Source: a virus
Length of the DNA: 64,000 bases
Strand: one strand, 5' to 3'
IMG/VR virus record: IMGVR_UViG_3300042446_001168
In this document: piece after piece, positions 47,201-56,695 of the stretch
Position numbering within the stretch: position 1 is the first letter of the stretch
Layout of the letters: each line of letters begins with the position of its first letter
Translations under genes and position numbers: made by a program
The notes under the pieces: model-generated
What the model was told of the DNA's origin: nothing
What the model saw: the letters and a program-made list of their open reading frames with translations, nothing else
Databases searched by the model: none

Positions 47201-50200
47201 TGAGGGAGTACCTGGTATCAGTCCAGTACCACCCAGACCGTACGATAAGACGATGTCGTTAGCTACGGTGTTGGTTCCATCCTATCCATCCCTATCACCA
47301 CAGTTGGCGTTTGAATCACTGAGACCAGACTACGCTACGTTTGTGGTTACTGATCAGGTAAAACGATATACCATGAAGGATATCAAGAGAATTGAGCAAC
47401 GTATTCAGAGTCTTGAATACTATTCACTTCTCAACACTCTCGAGAAGAACACAAAGGATTTAATTATTCCAAGTGAAGCTAACTCAGCGGTGTCAAGATT
47501 TAAGAATGGTTTCTTTGTGGATCCACTAAACTCATATGATATTGCTAATGTTAATGACTTGGAATTTAATATAACTATTGATACTGCTAAATCAGTTGCT
47601 CGCCCACCACTTGATCAAAATGTAATCAATCTCAAAGCAAATACATCACTATCATCAGGATATGCTATAAAAGGGGATCTAGCTCTTCTCAATTACGCTC
47701 AAGCAGTTGCATTGGAGCAGCCACTAGCTACTAGATTTCGAAATCTTGCTGGGTTGGCCTGGTCGTATGATGGCCGAGCAAGACTTTTTCCTGAGTATGA
47801 TAATTACTATGATACTACACGAGATGCTGTTAAATTCACTATTGATTTATCTGCTCCCTTAGATGGACTGGTGAAATCTATAAATGATAGTGTGGTATTC
47901 AAAAAAGATTCAAAGACTGTCACTACTACTCAATCGGATTGGGTTAACGCTAATGAAAAATGGGGATTCACGTGGGGAGCTGGACTAGTAGACATTGAGG
48001 AACAAACAACCAAGACTATTACAAACACCAGCAAGTCATCTATAACCGCCGGTAAGACCACTCAATCAGAACAGCAGATTGGCGACTTTTTAACCGACTT
48101 TGACTTTAATCCTTTCGTGAGAGAGCAGGAAGTTTATTTTGTGGTGACTGGTCTAAGACCTGGAGCAAGACACTATGTTTTCTTCGATAAGAAAACTATT
48201 GATGCTCGACCAGGGGAAGTAGCAGATCTTGCTAGTATTGTCAGCAGTGAATCACTATCTAAGAACGATACCTTTAAATTTACCGGATCAAAGAGTGCTA
48301 ATCTAGTAGCCAACAGTACAGGTGGATTAGCTGGATGTATATTTATTCCAGGAAACACTTTTAACGTTGGTCAGAAGGAAGTCCTGATTGCTGATGTTGA
48401 TAGTATTAGTAGCCTCGATACTTCTGTGTCTAAAGCAATGGTATATTTTAATGCTTACAACTTTAACAAGCAAATTAAATCATTGACGATGGTAACAAAG
48501 GCGCCATCATCGTTCCAAACTACCGAAAAGGTTACCCGGACTGTTAATACTGCGGTAGTGTCTAGAGTATCAGTACATACTGTTGATCCGCTAGCCCAGA
48601 CTTTCAATATTAACTTTAATGAGGGTACTGATGGAGTGTTTTTGACCAAGGTGGATTTATATTTCCGTAGTAAAGATCCTTCGTCTGGAATAACAGTTCA
48701 AATTAGAGAGACAGATAATGGATATCCAGCTCCAGCCATATTAGCCCAAAAACAAATCTCGTCATCAGGGGCTCAAACAAGTAATGTGGGATCTGTAGCT
48801 ACTACTGTAACCTTTGATACTCCTATATTTGTAAGAAATAATAAAGATTATTGTATAACTCTAATTCCTGATGGAAATTCTCCTAACTGGTTAGCATGGA
48901 CATCAGTTCCTGGACAACCGGATGTAGATACCAATCAAGTTGATAATGGTGATTTTGGTGCTGGGGTGTTGTTTGTATCGTCCAATGATAAGGTGTGGAC
49001 ACCAATACAAAATGAGGATCTGAAATTCACAATATACTATGCTAACTTCACATCTCATACTGCTAACATAGTGTTAGAAAATGAGCCTTACGAATTTCTG
49101 ACCTTGACAGGTGTCGAAGGATCTTTTCAAGGGGGAGAAAGAGTAGCTCAAAAAGCTAGTGCCTACATTGCGAATAGTGCAGTGTTCACTGGTAACACAA
49201 GTAGTAGTGTGTTGAGTACGTCTACCAGTCTAACTAGTAATGTATCCGTAGGGGATTACTTGTTGATGGTGAATGCTAATAATATAACAACGTCGCTGAC
49301 AGGAACAGTTACAGCAAATGGTACGCACACTAACGTATCCGGATCTGGAACATCTTTCTCTACCCAGCTAACGGTTGGTGATTATATATACATTAACAAC
49401 AACATAAGAGAGGTAAGAAGTATTTCTAATACCACTCACATGAACCTTGACGCTCCTTTGCAATCCAATGTAGCAGCTAATTTGTTTTACGGTGTAACGG
49501 AGTCGTTCCAAGTAAGCAAGGTGTTGTCTGTAAATTCTACAAGTATATCGCTGAAAGATAACCTAGAGAAAAATATTAACAACACTACCGCATGGGTAGG
49601 AGTTCAAAGAGTTGTTAGTGCTGTTGTTGATAAAGTGGATACCAATGATACCGTTGTATTAAGAGATTCTAATGCAGCAAATACTACATTTTTGTTTGCT
49701 GCTACTGGGCGCTTAGTGGGATCAACGTCTGATGCGGTGGCTAGTATTTCTAGTGTAGATGACTTTACGGTTAATTATTGTGAGCCTCATATATCTACCA
49801 TTGTTCCTTTACCCGCAACAATCAGTTTGACTCAGACTATTGCAGGAACAACAGCTGCGTCTCAGTCGCAACCAATTAATTTTGGTGTGTCCAATAAAAC
49901 CATATATGAAGCAGAAATAAGATCAAGAAGCAATGAAATACTTTCGTATTCCGGAGCAAAATCACTTCAGGTCAGTGTTGGTCTCAGTAAACCTTCTACT
50001 GTAAGTAAGATTAGTCCTGTTGTAGATTTAATTCCTGCTAGTATGGTTGTATTGCAAAACAAGATCAATAATCTCTACGATAATGAAACTACTCGATATG
50101 GCAATGCCAAGGTAAAGTATATTTCCAAAAAGGTAGTATTAGCTGATGGGTTAGATGCAGAAGATCTCAAGGTGTATTTGACATCCTACAGACCTTCAGG

Positions 50201-50789
50201 AACCGATGTCAAGGTTTATTGTAAGGTGTTAAGCAACGATGACAATGAGTCTTTTGATACTAAAGAGTGGTCGGTAATGAATCTTGAGACAACATCTAAT
50301 CTATTCAGTGATTCAGCAAATGAAGATGATTATCTAGAGTATGAGTACTCCATTGCAAGAACTCCAACATCAACAAAACTTGCTGGACTTGTTAAAACTA
50401 ATAGTAATACCACTTTGACAGGATCAGGTACTACATTTACATCTAGTCTTGTTGCAAACGACATTATTAAGATTGTTAATTCAAGCACAACTACGGACTA
50501 TGAAATAAATGTGGTCGATAGTGTGACTAACAATACATCATTAGTTTTAAAAACTGCAATTGGCCCATATTCAGATACCGGTACCAGTGGTCTGAGTATT
50601 GAAAAGGTAACTCAACCAAAGGCTACGTTTAAATATGCTGACGATGGTAATTTTGCTAGATACTACGATGCTTCTTTATCGGCACATACATCGTTTAAAA
50701 TCTTTGCGATAAAGGTGGTGCTGTTGTCAACTTCAACACAGAATGTGCCAACTGTCAAAGATATTAGGGCGCTGGCGGTTTCTGTATGA
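44265..50789 (+). CDS. Large virion structural protein, DUF4815/VrlC-like
   Basis: PFYDDFDEEKNFHRVLFRP..VQARELTQLQTILQNQ, APGAHRLK, RT.EESGDY, LEYYSLLN.LE, RFKNGFFVD, DPLAQTF, EDLKF motifs. Confidence 0.88.
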   Translation: MSLETNFNASPFYDDFDEEKNFHRVLFRPAVPVQARELTQLQTILQNQVERFGDNIYKQGTVIKGCNFTYDYNYQYIKIRDLQVDGQNVTLPNYMGLYATDTTSNLNAVVVNYVTGLETQDPETNILYIKYLNTGDSEKKTFANNETITLFNSDYRLDDVLITVSGTGYSNTEYLTFTGGGGSGAAANLVTYSNGSIRSIIISNFGSGYVTAPTVAIVNSTGGATVSGSGAGLTAINYYAQITVCDSTFSANSTTPVGTGTAATIGDGIIYQKGHFVRVEEQTVILDKYTTSPNNVVVGFYTQESIVNSYFDSTLLDNAQGYSNYTAPGAHRLKLTPTLQVLTTQAASGNSEFFKLVEFENGRVIKLKTETEFNSVDKKLALRTSEESGDYVVSPFTISTEDITGNTTHLNAVVSSGIGYVDGTRVELNDSVRIAIRQGTDTNTSINQSISTNYGNYVLVDQILGVFDFTAAASVNLRNTAATDNSDNFGGGPSSPGSVIGTSKIRSLVYDSGVPGSPTARYRLYLFDIVMSPGNTFKDVRSIQATGVVADTVLENSVSVLKDTDYDTLSFTSGYASVKSVANVDFIYRTVTANTFTTSGNVNIQVTGTYDYFPYTPASTLNSIQEQDFIVVPTANATGATALSGTVATTGNVVTGTGTEFAGQLQVGDHIKFQANDTFFKVTAITNTTSMTVNSVGPQSLTGNTLFLAFPKNIPIRLDRETANVAIDATGKFASIYVGNTISGTTDVKVFHNVKVSPGVNTVYKAKTVTKQVYVKLSTDRLSTTTIGPWCLGIPDAYKLNAVYVGTSNTYSNTTTNYASSFELVTGQSDNAYGLSYLRYKPGSILSLSATSCLLVSVDLFTHSAGYFLAAPSYPIDDSTVSLPANKIRTSDIPTFRSPKTGRLYNIRSIVDFRPIVAPTANVAATTVASATVDPVTTETLTGTLYFPTPNEIFEGDVEYYMPRADRIVIDKNNNINVIEGVPGISPVPPRPYDKTMSLATVLVPSYPSLSPQLAFESLRPDYATFVVTDQVKRYTMKDIKRIEQRIQSLEYYSLLNTLEKNTKDLIIPSEANSAVSRFKNGFFVDPLNSYDIANVNDLEFNITIDTAKSVARPPLDQNVINLKANTSLSSGYAIKGDLALLNYAQAVALEQPLATRFRNLAGLAWSYDGRARLFPEYDNYYDTTRDAVKFTIDLSAPLDGLVKSINDSVVFKKDSKTVTTTQSDWVNANEKWGFTWGAGLVDIEEQTTKTITNTSKSSITAGKTTQSEQQIGDFLTDFDFNPFVREQEVYFVVTGLRPGARHYVFFDKKTIDARPGEVADLASIVSSESLSKNDTFKFTGSKSANLVANSTGGLAGCIFIPGNTFNVGQKEVLIADVDSISSLDTSVSKAMVYFNAYNFNKQIKSLTMVTKAPSSFQTTEKVTRTVNTAVVSRVSVHTVDPLAQTFNINFNEGTDGVFLTKVDLYFRSKDPSSGITVQIRETDNGYPAPAILAQKQISSSGAQTSNVGSVATTVTFDTPIFVRNNKDYCITLIPDGNSPNWLAWTSVPGQPDVDTNQVDNGDFGAGVLFVSSNDKVWTPIQNEDLKFTIYYANFTSHTANIVLENEPYEFLTLTGVEGSFQGGERVAQKASAYIANSAVFTGNTSSSVLSTSTSLTSNVSVGDYLLMVNANNITTSLTGTVTANGTHTNVSGSGTSFSTQLTVGDYIYINNNIREVRSISNTTHMNLDAPLQSNVAANLFYGVTESFQVSKVLSVNSTSISLKDNLEKNINNTTAWVGVQRVVSAVVDKVDTNDTVVLRDSNAANTTFLFAATGRLVGSTSDAVASISSVDDFTVNYCEPHISTIVPLPATISLTQTIAGTTAASQSQPINFGVSNKTIYEAEIRSRSNEILSYSGAKSLQVSVGLSKPSTVSKISPVVDLIPASMVVLQNKINNLYDNETTRYGNAKVKYISKKVVLADGLDAEDLKVYLTSYRPSGTDVKVYCKVLSNDDNESFDTKEWSVMNLETTSNLFSDSANEDDYLEYEYSIARTPTSTKLAGLVKTNSNTTLTGSGTTFTSSLVANDIIKIVNSSTTTDYEINVVDSVTNNTSLVLKTAIGPYSDTGTSGLSIEKVTQPKATFKYADDGNFARYYDASLSAHTSFKIFAIKVVLLSTSTQNVPTVKDIRALAVSV

Positions 50790-51013
50790 TAGTGAAGACA
50801 GAAGATTCTGATTTTCTAAGAGATCAGTCAAATTACGCATTAATAAATAGTAATATTAATGCGTATAATCTTTACAAGCAGCAGCGGAAACAGCAGTATG
50901 ACTTCAGTAATGTGCAGCAGGAGATAGATATGCTGAAAACTGATATAAGTGATATTAAGAATATGCTGGGTATTTTAATTCAAAGGGAAAATAATGGCAG
51001 TACCAACAAGTAA
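50786..51013 (+). CDS. Small coiled-coil protein following the VrlC-like gene
   Basis: RD..NYALIN, EID.LK.DISDIK.ML. Confidence 0.75.
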   Translation: MIVKTEDSDFLRDQSNYALINSNINAYNLYKQQRKQQYDFSNVQQEIDMLKTDISDIKNMLGILIQRENNGSTNK

Positions 51014-52595
51014 TGTAAACACAATCACTGATTCGTTTCAGAACTGGATTGACAAGACTAATGTATTGTTAGATGCTTATTCGACAAAGATTGTTACGGT
51101 TGCTGCCAACTCAGCTGGAGATGTTACAACAGGCAATGGCACTGTAAATGGATTTTTTGCTGCTAATACTCTTGTAGCAATCAACGGTCTTCGAGGTGGT
51201 ACACTGACTACAAGTGGATTACTGTCAATATCAAGCAATGTAAGCATTGGTAATAGTACAGTCAATACAGTCATCAACGCAACCACTTTGGACACCGATT
51301 TAGCATTAACTGTGTTAGGGGCAACTACATTGTCTAACACACTAAGTGTGACTGGTACTACTACGCTAACTGGCAATGCAGCGCTGAACGGAACCCTTCA
51401 GACATTCGCTGGTAATTCAAACTTTGATTCAGGTACCTTTTTTGTTGATGCTACCAACAATAGAGTGGGCATTGGTAATACAGCACCGGGCGTCGCGCTA
51501 AGAGTCACTGGGGCTGTTGATATTAGCTTGGGAGCCAATATACAATCAAGTGCTAATGTTGGCGGATCGTTGGGGGTTGTAGGGGCAATTACGGGAAGCA
51601 ACACACTTGCAATAACCGGGGCTGCAACTTTCTCAAACACACTATCAACTGTTGATAGTTCATTTTTAGCATCTAACACATTATCTGTAACTACCTCTGC
51701 AATAACCCTCAATGCAGCGGCATCATTTACCAATACCGTAAGTATTGGTAATAGTACTGTAAACACTGTTATAACATCATCAACAATAGATACTGATTTG
51801 GCATTAACTGTTCTTGGCGCTACTACCTTATCAAACACCTTGGGAGTGACCGGCGTTACCACTTTATCGGGTAACGCTAATTTGAATGGAACTCTTCAGG
51901 TAATATCAGGTAATTCTAATTTTGACTCGGGTGTACTATTTGTTGATGCCACTAATAATAGAGTGGGTATTAATAATACTGCTCCTGGAGTAGCTCTAAG
52001 AGTAACAGGGGCAACTGACATTAGTCTCACCGCTAACATACAAGGTAATGCTAATGTTGGGGGTACTTTAGGTGTGGTTGGAGCAATTACTGGTAGTAAT
52101 ACATTTACTGTAACTGGTAATGCTACATTCTCTAACGTAATCAATACTACTGGTAGCGTATTCCTAACATCTAACACGTTAGCAGTAACATCCAGTGCTA
52201 TAACCCTAAAGGCTAATACTACATTCACCGGTAATGTCATTATAACCTCAAACACACTTGTAGTCAACGCTGCAACGTTTATTGTAAATGCTGTTGGGGA
52301 TCTTGGATCCAATACTACAGCAGCAAACCTTGTATTCAGCTTTGATAAGACGCTGTACAAGGGAGCAAGAATGACTATAAACATGACTAAGTTAAATAGT
52401 AGTCAGGTATCAGATTTAATTTTAACACACGATTCGTCTGCTGTAGATGTAACAATTTTTGGTACGGTAAAGTCACCTACTGCCACGGCAGATCTTGGGA
52501 TAATGTCCACAGCTGTTGTAGCTGGAAATGTAGAAATCTACATAAGACAGACTGCCATAAATACAGGCGTAAAGGTTATTGCAACGTTATTTTGA
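50994..52595 (+). CDS. Tail fibre-like structural protein with internal duplication
   Basis: TDSFQNWIDKTN N-terminus; two FVDATNNRVGI repeats. Confidence 0.72.
   Translation: MAVPTSNVNTITDSFQNWIDKTNVLLDAYSTKIVTVAANSAGDVTTGNGTVNGFFAANTLVAINGLRGGTLTTSGLLSISSNVSIGNSTVNTVINATTLDTDLALTVLGATTLSNTLSVTGTTTLTGNAALNGTLQTFAGNSNFDSGTFFVDATNNRVGIGNTAPGVALRVTGAVDISLGANIQSSANVGGSLGVVGAITGSNTLAITGAATFSNTLSTVDSSFLASNTLSVTTSAITLNAAASFTNTVSIGNSTVNTVITSSTIDTDLALTVLGATTLSNTLGVTGVTTLSGNANLNGTLQVISGNSNFDSGVLFVDATNNRVGINNTAPGVALRVTGATDISLTANIQGNANVGGTLGVVGAITGSNTFTVTGNATFSNVINTTGSVFLTSNTLAVTSSAITLKANTTFTGNVIITSNTLVVNAATFIVNAVGDLGSNTTAANLVFSFDKTLYKGARMTINMTKLNSSQVSDLILTHDSSAVDVTIFGTVKSPTATADLGIMSTAVVAGNVEIYIRQTAINTGVKVIATLF
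52556..52563 (+). promoter_or_regulatory. Putative late promoter
   Basis: CATAAATA about 45 nt upstream of 52606. Confidence 0.5.
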
Positions 52596-52605
52596 CAGGT
52601 TATAA

Positions 52606-55600
52606 ATGGCAAATTCGAAGTTCGTAGCTCACTATGGAATAGACTCACAAGCCAATACCAATGTTACTGGAGACCTATATGTCTCTGGTAACGCTGCTAT
52701 TGGAGGTACTCTTTCATATAGTGGAGTGGCATTGGGTGATTTTCTTCCATCAGCTGATGGGGATAATTTAGGTAACACTACGCTGAGATGGGATATTTTT
52801 GGAGGTACTGCTAATATAGCAAGTACTTTAGTTGTAGGTGGTGCTACTACTATTAGCAACACTATACAGGTGTCGGGTGCAGCTACATTCCAAAATACAC
52901 TAACTACCACTGGTCAGGCAAACGTTGGAGCTAACCTCAATGTGGTTGGATTGGCAAACATAGCTGGGAACACATATATTGGTGGGTTTGTTAACGTATC
53001 CACAAGTGTAACTGCTGGAGGCCTTGCTAATATAGCCGGCAACGTGTCATTTACAAATACAATAGTGACAGCGACAACCAACTCCACATCCAATGTTGTG
53101 ACTGTTGGAGCTGCTAACGTATCAGTTGATTCTGGTGTGTTGTTTGTTGATTCTATCAATAACAGAGTAGGTATCAATAATACTGCTCCTGGAGTTGCTC
53201 TGCGTGTAACTGGTGATGTTGATATCAGCGCTACTGCCAATGTTCAGGGCAGCGCTACGGTAACAGGAAACCTAACTGCTAACGGTAATACTTCGCTTAC
53301 CAACTCATTGCTGGCATTAACTACCAACTCAACAGCTAGTGTATTGACAATTGGCTCTGCTAACACCAATATAGATTCGGGCACTTTCTTTGTAGATGCT
53401 ACTAATAATAGAGTGGGTATCAATAATACAGCTCCAGGTGTTGCTTTGTCTGTGACCGGCGCAGCTAATATATCCACCAGTGTTAACAGTGCCTTGCTGA
53501 CTGTAGGGGATGCATTTATAGCTAACACTACCGGGGTGTTTCATACTGGATTACTTACTGCTAATGGTAACACCTCACTTACAAATGCCATTTTTGGACT
53601 AACAACCAACTCAACAGCTAACGTACTAACAATTGGAGCAGCCAACACCAATATTGACTCTGGTGTGCTTTTTGTTGATTCGGTCAATAATAGAGTAGGT
53701 ATTAATAATACTGCTCCTGGAGTTGCTTTAAGAGTAACTGGGGATACAGATATTAGTGGTACAGCTAATATTCAAGGGAATGCAAACATTGGAGGTAATC
53801 TAGGGATAGCTGGACTGGTTACTCTTAGTGGTAATACAACTCTCAGCGGTAGCCTTCAAACAATTGCTGGTAATTCTAATTTTGATTCTGGTGTACTTTT
53901 TGTTGATTCTGTCAATAATAGAGTAGGTATCAACAATACTGCTCCAACAGTTGCTTTAGAAGTGTCTGGTGCAGCTAACGTATCGACTAGTGTTAATTCA
54001 GCACTACTAACAGTTGGTACGGCGTTCATAGCAAATACAACCGGAGTATATTCTACTGGAGTTGCCAATGCAGCATCCTTTACTACTTCTGGCATTAGTG
54101 CTAATGCAACAGCACTAGTACCTATTTCAAATACAGTTGGTCAGATACTGGGCAATACAATATCTCGTTGGGTATTGACTGCAAACAGTGGTAATTTCTC
54201 CGGCAATGTCCTATTAGGTAACACAACAACCAACACACTGATTGCACCGCAGTCGTATGCTTCAAACACTTCTGGCGCAGTGACCGGAACAGTAACCACT
54301 ATTGGTACAACCGTGGTATCTGGAACTGGTTCCGTATTCACCAATGATCTAGTGGCCGGGGATATAGTCAAGTTCTCAAGCTGCACAGCGTATTTTACTG
54401 TACAAGCAATCAGCAACTCTACTCAAATTGTTCTCACTACTAACTCCCCATCTGTATCGGGCGACACATTAGAAAAGAAAAATATTCAGACTGTAAATAA
54501 CAGTGGAGTATTTTTGTATGGGGCTAACCAAACAGTAACACCGTTCTCTAATGTAACCGCTTCGACGCTTGGAAATAGTACAGCAAGATGGATTATTAGC
54601 GCTAACACAATCCACGCTTCGGGATTAATTACTGCTGCAGGTGGGATGGATCTTACAGGATCTATTAATGCCTCATCATACCAAATTGCGTCAATCAACT
54701 CAACGTCCAATGGATTGATTGCTAACTCGACAGTGATTGCTGTTGGTAATAGCACTGTTAATACAGTAATAGATTCTACAGGTATTCGCACTAGTGGAAC
54801 TACCGGAGTTAGCCCGTATGCCAATGGGACTGATCTAGGCACACTAACTGCTCGGTGGGATGTGTACGCTGCAAACGCTGATGTTATTGGAACCCTAGCA
54901 GTTGGTAATAATGCTACGTTCTCTGGGAACGTATCTATTACCAGTGGCTCAAATCCAACGTTGTTTGTTGGTACAAGTGTAACAGTCAATACGTCTGGGG
55001 TGTATCCAGCTAGTAATACCTTAGGTAGCGCGTTAGGTACAGGAACCCAACGATTTGACATATTTGGTGATACTGCAAGTTTTGGAGGAGTATTGACTGC
55101 CAATGGTGGATTAACTATTGAATCCAATCCAATGACGGCTAATGGAACTACAGGAACATCTGGTCAGGTATTAACATCTAACGGCACTATTGGAGCTCCT
55201 TACTGGTCAACTATTAGTGCTGGTGGTGGTACTCCTGGTGGCTCCAATACCCAGGTACAGTTTAACGATTCAGGAGTGTTTAATGGGGATACTGGATTCA
55301 CCTACATTAAAACCTCAAATACACTGACTGTCGTAGGTCCAATAAACGGTGGTGATATAACTGCAACCGGAATATTAGATGGAGCATCAGCGACCATTGC
55401 AGGATCCATTGCTGGTAACTCTTTAGCAATTGCTGGAACCGCCAACGCCAACATTTTTAATGCGGCATCTACTCTAGTTGGTGGATCAAGTACCTACGGT
55501 AGCTCTGCTAGCGTTAGTACCAGCTTGTCTACAGGCACAACTCTCACAGTTGGTACCAGACTAAGTGTAAACGGTTCGTTTGGAACAGCCGGCCAGATGT

Positions 55601-56052
55601 TATATAGTGGCGGTACTGCTAATACATATTGGGCCGCTGCTCCCGCTTCTGGTGGGGTTCCTGGTGGTTCTAGTACTCATGTGCAGTATAACAATGCAGG
55701 AGCATTTGCAGGTTCAGCAAGTTTTACCTTTGCTGTTGGATCCGGTACTCTCAGTGCTACTATCATGACGACAACGTCAGATGAGAGACTAAAAACCAAT
55801 ATACAAACAATTAATGGTGGATTGGATATGGTATCTCGAATGAGAGGGGTATCGTATGAATTTAAAGATAGTGGTCATAAAGGATATGGTGTTATAGCTC
55901 AGGAGATCCAAGATATCCTACCTAACGTGGTACACACCAACGAAGACGGCTTTATGAAGGTTTCCTATAATGACATTATAGGTGTGCTAATCGAAGCCAT
56001 TAAAGACTTAAAACAAGAAATCAACGAGATGAAAAATGGCAACCAAAGCTAA
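52606..56052 (+). CDS. Tail fibre with C-terminal intramolecular chaperone (Peptidase S74)
   Basis: TSDERLKTNI...GVIAQEIQ..LP.VV...V.Y..II.VLIEAIKDL; NNRVGINNTAP repeats; QVQFND collar motifs. Confidence 0.88.
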   Translation: MANSKFVAHYGIDSQANTNVTGDLYVSGNAAIGGTLSYSGVALGDFLPSADGDNLGNTTLRWDIFGGTANIASTLVVGGATTISNTIQVSGAATFQNTLTTTGQANVGANLNVVGLANIAGNTYIGGFVNVSTSVTAGGLANIAGNVSFTNTIVTATTNSTSNVVTVGAANVSVDSGVLFVDSINNRVGINNTAPGVALRVTGDVDISATANVQGSATVTGNLTANGNTSLTNSLLALTTNSTASVLTIGSANTNIDSGTFFVDATNNRVGINNTAPGVALSVTGAANISTSVNSALLTVGDAFIANTTGVFHTGLLTANGNTSLTNAIFGLTTNSTANVLTIGAANTNIDSGVLFVDSVNNRVGINNTAPGVALRVTGDTDISGTANIQGNANIGGNLGIAGLVTLSGNTTLSGSLQTIAGNSNFDSGVLFVDSVNNRVGINNTAPTVALEVSGAANVSTSVNSALLTVGTAFIANTTGVYSTGVANAASFTTSGISANATALVPISNTVGQILGNTISRWVLTANSGNFSGNVLLGNTTTNTLIAPQSYASNTSGAVTGTVTTIGTTVVSGTGSVFTNDLVAGDIVKFSSCTAYFTVQAISNSTQIVLTTNSPSVSGDTLEKKNIQTVNNSGVFLYGANQTVTPFSNVTASTLGNSTARWIISANTIHASGLITAAGGMDLTGSINASSYQIASINSTSNGLIANSTVIAVGNSTVNTVIDSTGIRTSGTTGVSPYANGTDLGTLTARWDVYAANADVIGTLAVGNNATFSGNVSITSGSNPTLFVGTSVTVNTSGVYPASNTLGSALGTGTQRFDIFGDTASFGGVLTANGGLTIESNPMTANGTTGTSGQVLTSNGTIGAPYWSTISAGGGTPGGSNTQVQFNDSGVFNGDTGFTYIKTSNTLTVVGPINGGDITATGILDGASATIAGSIAGNSLAIAGTANANIFNAASTLVGGSSTYGSSASVSTSLSTGTTLTVGTRLSVNGSFGTAGQMLYSGGTANTYWAAAPASGGVPGGSSTHVQYNNAGAFAGSASFTFAVGSGTLSATIMTTTSDERLKTNIQTINGGLDMVSRMRGVSYEFKDSGHKGYGVIAQEIQDILPNVVHTNEDGFMKVSYNDIIGVLIEAIKDLKQEINEMKNGNQS

Positions 56053-56365
56053 TATAGTAGTTGATCAGGGAACCACATTCACCACATCCATTTATTTGAC
56101 TGATGATGACGGAGTCGCTATAGACTTGTCTGGATACACTGGTAGATCTCAGATCAGAAAGCACTATACATCATCTAACTCAATCAGTTTTACAGTGACG
56201 CTTACAGCCATTCAGGGAATAGTTACTCTTGATTTGACATCTACTCAGACGTCTGCCTTGACGGCAGGTAGGTATGTGTATGATGTAGAGGTTGTGAGTA
56301 GTTCAAATGTTGTTGCAAGGATCATAGAAGGAAATGTAACAGTCACTCCGGAAGTAACTCGATAA
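56036..56365 (+). CDS. Small virion structural/adaptor protein
   Basis: VDQGTTF, DLSGYT..SQIRK, GRYVYDVEV, IIEG.VTVTPEVT. Confidence 0.75.
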   Translation: MATKANIVVDQGTTFTTSIYLTDDDGVAIDLSGYTGRSQIRKHYTSSNSISFTVTLTAIQGIVTLDLTSTQTSALTAGRYVYDVEVVSSSNVVARIIEGNVTVTPEVTR

Positions 56366-56366
56366 A

Positions 56367-56630
56367 ATGGCTCTGAGCTCCCCAAAAGTCAAGCTGGTAA
56401 CAGGTTCTACACTAAAGGCAACGGTTAGTGGGACATCTCAGCTACAGACGACAAGCCCTATTACGTTGAAAACCTCAGTAGTTAGATTTGATCAACTAGC
56501 TGATGTTGTAGAAGGCACCCCTAATGATGGAGACTTTGTCGTGTACAGAGCGTATGATGATAAATATGTATTGAAGTCCGTTGGTGAAATAGAACTTCCT
56601 GCTGTCGACGTTGATGGCGGAACTTTTTAA
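56367..56630 (+). CDS. Small structural protein ending in DGGTF
   Basis: L.DV repeat and DGGTF terminus shared with 56696-59014. Confidence 0.7.
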   Translation: MALSSPKVKLVTGSTLKATVSGTSQLQTTSPITLKTSVVRFDQLADVVEGTPNDGDFVVYRAYDDKYVLKSVGEIELPAVDVDGGTF

Positions 56631-56638
56631 CATAAATA
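56631..56638 (+). promoter_or_regulatory. Putative late promoter
   Basis: CATAAATA in the AT-rich intergenic gap. Confidence 0.55.
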
Positions 56639-56695
56639 ATAATACCAGAATTTTAAAATAATAACAAAACCTCTATTTACCTTTAAGGACTGCCA

